Positions 57,900 to 64,000 of a stretch of DNA of 64,000 bases are shown here, piece by piece (the first letter of the stretch is position 1; the number at the start of each line of letters is the position of its first letter). The stretch is taken from IMG/VR virus record IMGVR_UViG_3300017917_002937, positions 21,172 to 85,171 of that record; one strand, 5' to 3'. The notes under the pieces are model-generated. The model saw only the letters and a list, made by a program, of their open reading frames with translations. It made no database searches and was not told where the DNA came from. Made by a program: the position numbers and the translations under genes. This DNA is from a virus.

Positions 57900-58461
57900 A
57901 CAAACAATAGCAAATTATTATAATGCACCCTATGCAGTTGCTACTGACTGTTGTACACATGCGATTGAACTTTGTTTACGACTAATTAAACCAAAAAGTG
58001 TAACATGTCCTAACCATACTTATTTAAGTATACCAATGACCTTTGTTAAATTAAATTTAAATTGGAATTTTGTAGAAGAACAATGGGATAATTATTATTA
58101 CATTGGAAATACTAATATTATTGATGCTGCTGTTTATTTTAAAGAAAATAGTTATATACCAAATACTTTAATGTGTTTAAGTTTTCAATATAAAAAACAT
58201 TTAAATTTAGGTCGTGGGGGAATGATATTATGTGATAATTTGGAACATCAAAAATTACTTAAAAAATTTAGATACGATGGTAGATTAGAAGATATACCAT
58301 GGACAGATCAAAACATAGATTGTTTTGGATATCATTATTATATGACTCCTGAAACAGCAGAAATAGGTTTACAGAAATTTAATCAAGTAAAAAATAGTTT
58401 ACCTAAAAGTTGGAGTTATAAAGATTATCCTAATTTAAAAAATTTGAAAGTTTTTAATTAG
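57877..58461 (+). CDS. Short DegT/DnrJ/StrS-family PLP-dependent aminotransferase-like protein
   Basis: FEQTIANY..AVATDCCTHAIEL, IIDAA, SFQYKKHL..GRGGMI; only 194 aa. Confidence 0.75.
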   Translation: MLQVQLFEQTIANYYNAPYAVATDCCTHAIELCLRLIKPKSVTCPNHTYLSIPMTFVKLNLNWNFVEEQWDNYYYIGNTNIIDAAVYFKENSYIPNTLMCLSFQYKKHLNLGRGGMILCDNLEHQKLLKKFRYDGRLEDIPWTDQNIDCFGYHYYMTPETAEIGLQKFNQVKNSLPKSWSYKDYPNLKNLKVFN

Positions 58462-58491
58462 TAAAAATTTATATTTAAAAATATTAAAAAT

Positions 58492-59475
58492 ATGTTAAGT
58501 TCAAATGAATGGGATCCACTTAAAACCGTTATAATAGGTATAGCAGATGATGCTAAAGTTCCTAAAATTGACACTGGTGTTAGAACTGTAAATTATGCTG
58601 ATAAAATTGATGTAAGCAGCATAACGCCTGGTTTATATCCTAAACAAGTAATAGATGAAGCGAATGAAGATTTAGAAATTTTAGTAAATTTTCTTAAAAA
58701 GGAACATATTAAAGTTTATCGCCCTGATAAAAATCTTATTCCTAATTATTATAATTATTGTCCCAGAGACAGTGTTTTGGTTACAGATGAAGGTATACTT
58801 ACTACTCCAATGAGTTTAGAGGCACGAGAAAATGAATGGAGAGCAGTTTCACATGTACTTAATTATTATACATATAATTTAAATATTTCAAATGTAGCAA
58901 ATAGAGATTCGTTATATAATTTAAATTGTATAGGTAATCCTAATATTTTAGCATTAAATAACACTGTTCCGTGTTTTGATGCAGCAAATATTTTAAGAGC
59001 AAATGATGACCTTTACTACTTAGTAAGTAATACAGGAAATGAACTAGGAGCACAGTATTTACAGGAAGTTTTTCCAAATAAAAGAGTACATATTATAAAA
59101 GACATATATAGTTATATACACATTGATAGCACTATAGCATTTTTAAGAGAAGGATTAATGTTGCTTAATCCCAGTAGAGTAAAAAATATAGAACAATTAC
59201 CGAAATCATTACATAATTGGGACGTAATTTACTGTCCTAATCCATATGACATAGGATATTATCCTGGTTATTGCAATGCCAGTCCATGGATAAACATAAA
59301 TTTATTAAGTATTAATACTAATTTAGTTGTCTTAGAAGAAAATCAATATGATACTAGAAAAGTATTAGAAAAATACAACATAGAATGTGCTATGTTGCCC
59401 ATGCGGCATGCTAGAACGCTTGGTGGTTGTTTTCATTGTGTAAGCTTGGATATAGAACGAAATGAGTATTTTTAA
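58492..59475 (+). CDS. Amidinotransferase (StrB1 / glycine amidinotransferase family)
   Basis: SNEWDPLK, CPRD, FDAAN, HIDST and GGCFHC (catalytic Asp/His/Cys). Confidence 0.9.
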   Translation: MLSSNEWDPLKTVIIGIADDAKVPKIDTGVRTVNYADKIDVSSITPGLYPKQVIDEANEDLEILVNFLKKEHIKVYRPDKNLIPNYYNYCPRDSVLVTDEGILTTPMSLEARENEWRAVSHVLNYYTYNLNISNVANRDSLYNLNCIGNPNILALNNTVPCFDAANILRANDDLYYLVSNTGNELGAQYLQEVFPNKRVHIIKDIYSYIHIDSTIAFLREGLMLLNPSRVKNIEQLPKSLHNWDVIYCPNPYDIGYYPGYCNASPWININLLSINTNLVVLEENQYDTRKVLEKYNIECAMLPMRHARTLGGCFHCVSLDIERNEYF

Positions 59476-61303
59476 TAAATTTAGTAGGGGTCATATTGGG
59501 AAATGGTGGGAAGCCAGTGATTATAAGAATTTAAATTATATAAAGCAACCAGTAACTGTTGAAGAAGAAAATGATTGGAAAAATAAAGGTTATGATTATG
59601 TAAAAAGTTTTACTGGCTGGATGTATGATAGTAGAAACCCAATGCCTAATTTTGTAAAAAGTTTTGAGAGTATTTTTCCACTTAAAGAATTAAGTTATAC
59701 GTTTTATAAAATGAAAACTTTGGAAATTATGCCAGAACATGTTGATCATTTTAGAACCTATATTAAATTAACAGGTGCTAATTATAAACAAATTAAACGA
59801 GTACTTATAATGCTCGAAAATTGGAAACCTGGACATTATTTAGAAATTGCCGGTAAAGGTATTACTGACTGGATAGCAGGTGATTATTTTATTTGGGATA
59901 GTGATGTACCACACGCTGCAAGCAATATAGGTGTTGAAGATAGATATACTTTACAAATAACTGGAATATATTTTACTGATGAACAGGTATATAAAAAATT
60001 ACATTGGTATAATATAAGTGATTTACCTAATAAAAAAGAATCAGACTTTTCTATACAAATGTTTCATATTAAGAAGCATTTACAAAATAACCATGGCAAA
60101 CCGTATATGGTTTACATGTATAATCAAAACATTCAAGAACTTGAAAATTTAATTCATAAAAATGAAGTAATTGATGATTTAAATAATCATGGATTAGATA
60201 TCTATTTGAATGAACCACTTTGTAGTTACTTTGAAAATGCACCAATATTATTTCCTCCTTTAGGTACAAAACATACGCTAGGGTTTTATTCTGAATTTGA
60301 TCAAATTATCTATGATGAAGCCACAAATAAATGCTTTGATAAAAAAAATATTGAAATTAATCTACGTGCAGATGAATTAGATAGTATTCTTAATTATGTA
60401 CAAAAAAATAATTTAAAAAATGTAAATGTTCATACGTGTGATTATAATGTAGAAAAATATTATGGTTATTATAAAAAGTTTTTTAATTTAAAGTGTAATG
60501 ATATTTTTTTAAATACGTTTGATTTAAAACAATTTGAACCTATTACAGAAATTTATGAATCTAATAAATTTTATAAAAGGTTTCTATGCTTAAATTTTAG
60601 GTATGCCCCTCATAGACAATTTATTACTGCATATTTAAATCACAGCCCTGAAATTTCAGAAACTTTGCATTGTACATGGTATTTTAGAGCAGGATTAGAA
60701 ACAGTTGCTAGAGAACCATGGATAGATTTATTTTTATATAATTGGTTAAATAGAGAAGTTTTTGATAAAATACTACATGGTGTCACACATTTAAACTTTA
60801 AATCTCCATTTAATATAGATTTAAATATTCAAGACGTAACAAGTATATTACATCCATATTTTAAAGATATGTATCCAAAGTTCACACTTGACAAGTATAA
60901 AAATGAAAAAAATAAAAATAATATTGACCTTTTAAAAGATTGTTATAAACATATTTTTGTAGATATTGTAAATGAATCAAGATTCGCACAACCTACTGCA
61001 AATTATAGCGAAAAGACACTTAGACCGATGTTTTACAAAAAACCTTTTATATTGGTAGCACCTCCTTTTACATTACAATATGTAAGGGAACAAGGATATA
61101 AAACTTTTAGTGATTTTTGGGATGAATCATATGACAGTGAAGTAAATCACGCAGATAGATTATTTAAAATCTTTGCAATAATTGATAACATTTATAGCAA
61201 ATCAATTGAAGAATTAAAAGAGATTTATAAAAATATGACTCCTATATTAGAACATAATAGGAACATACTACTTGAAAAGAATGGATATACATTAAGAATT
61301 TAG
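59462..61303 (+). CDS. Fusion of an N-terminal 2OG-Fe(II) oxygenase-like domain and a C-terminal GT-like domain
   Basis: PEHVD...PHAASNIG..RYTLQITG (HxD...H...R); C-terminal DIVNES..SEKTLRP..PFILV..KTFSDFWDESYD. Confidence 0.65.
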   Translation: MSIFNKFSRGHIGKWWEASDYKNLNYIKQPVTVEEENDWKNKGYDYVKSFTGWMYDSRNPMPNFVKSFESIFPLKELSYTFYKMKTLEIMPEHVDHFRTYIKLTGANYKQIKRVLIMLENWKPGHYLEIAGKGITDWIAGDYFIWDSDVPHAASNIGVEDRYTLQITGIYFTDEQVYKKLHWYNISDLPNKKESDFSIQMFHIKKHLQNNHGKPYMVYMYNQNIQELENLIHKNEVIDDLNNHGLDIYLNEPLCSYFENAPILFPPLGTKHTLGFYSEFDQIIYDEATNKCFDKKNIEINLRADELDSILNYVQKNNLKNVNVHTCDYNVEKYYGYYKKFFNLKCNDIFLNTFDLKQFEPITEIYESNKFYKRFLCLNFRYAPHRQFITAYLNHSPEISETLHCTWYFRAGLETVAREPWIDLFLYNWLNREVFDKILHGVTHLNFKSPFNIDLNIQDVTSILHPYFKDMYPKFTLDKYKNEKNKNNIDLLKDCYKHIFVDIVNESRFAQPTANYSEKTLRPMFYKKPFILVAPPFTLQYVREQGYKTFSDFWDESYDSEVNHADRLFKIFAIIDNIYSKSIEELKEIYKNMTPILEHNRNILLEKNGYTLRI

Positions 61304-61320
61304 TATCAATTTAAAACATA

Positions 61321-61327
61321 ATAAATA
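61321..61327 (+). promoter_or_regulatory. Late promoter motif ATAAATA
   Basis: Intergenic, before the AAGGA RBS and ATG 61344. Confidence 0.5.
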
Positions 61328-61343
61328 ATTTAAAGGAATAATT

Positions 61344-61442
61344 ATGTTTTTAATAAAATGGATTAAAAATTTAATACGTGAAATTAAATATAGAAGACGT
61401 ATAAAAGAATTACGTAAACGTGACCCATTCATATATAAGTAG
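61344..61442 (+). CDS. 32-aa basic peptide upstream of the carbamoyltransferase
   Basis: Not in the track: MFLIKWIKNLIREIKYRRRIKELRKRDPFIYK*; AAAGGA RBS; stop 2 nt before the next ATG. Confidence 0.7.
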   Translation: MFLIKWIKNLIREIKYRRRIKELRKRDPFIYK

Positions 61443-61444
61443 TT

Positions 61445-62923
61445 ATGAATTATATAGGGATAAGTAATGGATTCCATGATGCTGGAGTATCCATAATTGA
61501 TAACCATGGTACTATATTATTTGCAGGACATAGTGAGCGATATAGTAAATTAAAACATGACAGAGAATTAAATAATGATTTAATACTTGATAGTTTAAAC
61601 TATGTAACTGATAAATTACAATGTCATTATTACGAAAGACCATGGATAACATCATTAAGACAATTAAGAGCAGGACAACCTATAGATTTTCTTTCTAGTA
61701 AAGGGCGTATAGGTAAACATATTTTAGAATTAATAAATTGTAATAAAGTATTCAATCATGAACATCATTTAAGTCATGCAGCAGCTAGTTTCCAAACAAG
61801 TTCATTTGATAATGCTATTGTTGTTGTAATTGATGCGATTGGTGAATTTGATACAATAACTATATGGGACGCAAGATACGATGATAATGGAATAGCAAAA
61901 TACAAAAAAATATTTAGAAAAACATATCCTAACAGTATAGGAATGTTTTATAGTGCAATGACAAAACAAGTTGGTCTTGTACCACTAGATGAAGAATATA
62001 TTTTAATGGGTATGGCAGCTTATGGTAAACCCAAATATCTAGATAGAATGTACGATGAATTTATTGAAAATCAAAAAGAATTAACATTTAAACAAAATCT
62101 ACATATAGGTGCAGATGAAAATTTTTTAAAAAATGCAGATATAATGGATATTGCAAGTTCTGCTCAGGAGTTGTGTGAAAAACTTATATGTGAGGTTTTA
62201 AGTATTGCAAGAAATATAGGAAGTAGTACAAATTTAGTTTATGGTGGAGGGGTAGCATTAAATTGTTTGGCAAATAGGTTATTAGGAAATTATTTTAATA
62301 AAATATGGATTATGCCCAATCCAGGAGATTGTGGAAGCAGTTTAGGTGCTGCTGCATTGGGATATCGTAAAAAATTAAATTGGCAAAATGCTTATTTAGG
62401 TTATAACATAACTGGTGAATATCCAACTAATCAACTTATTGATATATTGTTGACAGATAAAATAGTAGGTGTGGCATCAGGTAGGGCAGAATTCGGTCCA
62501 AGAGCATTAGGTAATAGAAGTTTATTAGCAGACCCACGTGGTGACACTATAAAAGATAAAGTTAACGAAATTAAACGTAGACAAAAGTTTAGACCATTTG
62601 CCCCTGTTATATTAGAAGAATATGTACATAAATTTTTTGACATGCCTAAAAATTGGGATAACAGTCGTTATATGCAAGTTATTGCAAAATGTCGATACCC
62701 TGAGTTATTTCCTGCAATCGTTCATGCAGATGGTACTAGTAGAGTTCAAACTGTGCCACAAAATAATACAGGAATAAGAAAGTTATTAGAAAAATGGTAT
62801 ATTATTACTGAATGTCCAATGTTATTAAATACTTCACTCAATATTCGTGGTGAGCCAATGGTTAACACAATTAATGATGCAAAACGTTTTCAAGATTTAT
62901 ATAAAGTAAAGGTTCTCAGTTAA
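61445..62923 (+). CDS. O-carbamoyltransferase (NodU/CmcH/TobZ family)
   Basis: HDAG, HHLSHAA, DAIGE, GGVALNC, PGDCG, EFGPRALGNRS, FRPFAP, HADGTSRVQTV, LNTSLN. Confidence 0.93.
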   Translation: MNYIGISNGFHDAGVSIIDNHGTILFAGHSERYSKLKHDRELNNDLILDSLNYVTDKLQCHYYERPWITSLRQLRAGQPIDFLSSKGRIGKHILELINCNKVFNHEHHLSHAAASFQTSSFDNAIVVVIDAIGEFDTITIWDARYDDNGIAKYKKIFRKTYPNSIGMFYSAMTKQVGLVPLDEEYILMGMAAYGKPKYLDRMYDEFIENQKELTFKQNLHIGADENFLKNADIMDIASSAQELCEKLICEVLSIARNIGSSTNLVYGGGVALNCLANRLLGNYFNKIWIMPNPGDCGSSLGAAALGYRKKLNWQNAYLGYNITGEYPTNQLIDILLTDKIVGVASGRAEFGPRALGNRSLLADPRGDTIKDKVNEIKRRQKFRPFAPVILEEYVHKFFDMPKNWDNSRYMQVIAKCRYPELFPAIVHADGTSRVQTVPQNNTGIRKLLEKWYIITECPMLLNTSLNIRGEPMVNTINDAKRFQDLYKVKVLS

Positions 62924-62924
62924 T

Positions 62925-64000
62925 ATGTTAAGAGATGTTTTTTATTATGGCATCAAGCCTAATGTACATCCTAGAGAAAAATTTGCAAAAAATTTAAAAG
63001 ATGCTAGAGATCAAGCAACCACTGAGTACTTTTGGATAATTAATGAATATTGCGATTATACAAATTTCGATTGGGATTTTGATTTTGATTTTTTACCAGA
63101 TGATGATGTATGGGCACAAGATCATAACAATGTTTGGCCTAGTCAACATCAAAAAGATAGTGGTACTTGGTTATGTCCCAAAAAAAATAGCGAAGTAATT
63201 ATATATAGGTCTGATGTTGATATTGTACGAAGAAAACCAATTAAAGAAAATTTTGTAATTTTACAAAAAGTAGATACAAGTAAATTTGATTTTAGTTGGC
63301 ATCCAGATCCAACTGACCCTCCTTATATATATTGTTGGGGTAATAAATTTTTTCCTCCGCAGTTTGGTCATGCTTTAGAATATCATGTAAAAAACGCAAC
63401 TGAAGTAAAATATATGTCAACAGTTGTTGAATTATTACCTAATTTAGATAATTATGAAGTTTTTGATGATATAGAATTTTTTGATTTTTCTTGGATACCT
63501 GACCCAGGGAGTCCACCTTATATATATGTTTGGGGAAATCAATGGAACAAACCAGAAGATAAAATTAGTATAAAATATGTTGTTGAAGGTGCAACAGAGT
63601 ACAAATACATGCGAGAGCGTGTTACTAGAAAACCAAACTTGGAAAATTGGGAACTACCAAAAAATATTAATAGTAACGGTTTTGACTTTAGTTGGGAACC
63701 AAGTCCTGCAGACCCTCCATATATTTATGAATTCGGTACGCAATGGCAAAAGACAGGTGGTCCTAGATATGTGGTAGCAGATGCGATAGAATTTAAATAC
63801 ATAGACTTTCAAAAAGTGATTGCATTGCCCTCTAAGGATCAATGGGTTATACCTAATAATATTGAAATTGATAATTTTGATTTTAGTTGGCATCCCGATA
63901 GCACAGATCCATCTTATATCTATCAATTCGGTACTCAATGGGCACTAAGTGGTGGTCCCAAATATGTTGTTGAAGGTGCAACCGAAATAAAATATGTTGA
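62925..64000 (+). CDS. Trp/Pro-rich tandem-repeat protein; runs off the window
   Basis: Not in the track; open from ATG 62925 to the end: MLRDVFYYG...ATTEYFWIINEY..., then four ~65-aa units FDFSW(H/I/E)P....P.YIY.(W/F)G. Confidence 0.85.
   Translation, partial: MLRDVFYYGIKPNVHPREKFAKNLKDARDQATTEYFWIINEYCDYTNFDWDFDFDFLPDDDVWAQDHNNVWPSQHQKDSGTWLCPKKNSEVIIYRSDVDIVRRKPIKENFVILQKVDTSKFDFSWHPDPTDPPYIYCWGNKFFPPQFGHALEYHVKNATEVKYMSTVVELLPNLDNYEVFDDIEFFDFSWIPDPGSPPYIYVWGNQWNKPEDKISIKYVVEGATEYKYMRERVTRKPNLENWELPKNINSNGFDFSWEPSPADPPYIYEFGTQWQKTGGPRYVVADAIEFKYIDFQKVIALPSKDQWVIPNNIEIDNFDFSWHPDSTDPSYIYQFGTQWALSGGPKYVVEGATEIKYV
63285..64000 (+). repeat. Protein-level tandem repeat, 65-67 aa period
   Basis: FDFSW units start at 63285, 63480, 63681 and 63876. 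Confidence 0.85.

Noticed and set aside
41098-63938. Short antisense or out-of-frame ORFs across the tailoring cluster (including 61292..61507, 63577..63777 and 63654..63938)
   Set aside because: They overlap well-supported plus-strand genes; 61344..61442 and 62925..end explain those regions better.
1-64000. Stop-codon reassignment, tRNA genes, CRISPR arrays or a diversity-generating retroelement
   Set aside because: Genes tile densely in the standard code. No cloverleaf, repeat-spacer array, reverse transcriptase or TR/VR pair was seen by eye; dedicated scans would be needed to exclude them fully.
38816-64000. Cluster as a host chromosomal LPS/capsule island or a classical RiPP locus
   Set aside because: It is contiguous and co-oriented with phage tail genes, shares the late motif, and shows no transporter, flippase, polymerase or clear leader-core precursor with a peptidase. 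A RiPP role is not fully excluded.

Overview
AT-rich segment of a large T4-like (jumbo-type) myophage genome, read in the standard genetic code. Left end, minus strand: a gp55-like late sigma factor, gp47 (Mre11/SbcD) and gp46 (Rad50/SbcC). gp46 is a fractured gene. It is split inside its Walker A motif by an atypically split intein (39-aa IntN, 124-aa IntC, Thr+1), with a free-standing Vsr-like homing endonuclease overlapping both halves. Plus strand, 4.0-38.8 kb: a baseplate/tail module with tube-initiator-like, gp53-, hub-, gp5-, gp25- and gp6-like genes, a 6731-aa mosaic virion protein and fibre-like genes. From 38.8 kb to the window end lies a tightly coupled cluster of at least 25 kb of tailoring enzymes. 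It holds glycosyltransferase-like proteins, seven radical SAM enzymes (three cobalamin-binding type), a GDP-mannose 3,5-epimerase-like protein, a nucleotide-sugar dehydrogenase, two SGNH proteins, a short DegT-type aminotransferase, an amidinotransferase, a 2OG-Fe(II) oxygenase fusion, a carbamoyltransferase and a Trp/Pro repeat protein. A recurring (GA/C)TAAATA late-promoter motif precedes both structural and tailoring genes, which suggests a late-expressed, aminoglycoside-like glycan pathway, possibly modifying the virion. All protein calls come from motif recognition by eye; no database search was run.
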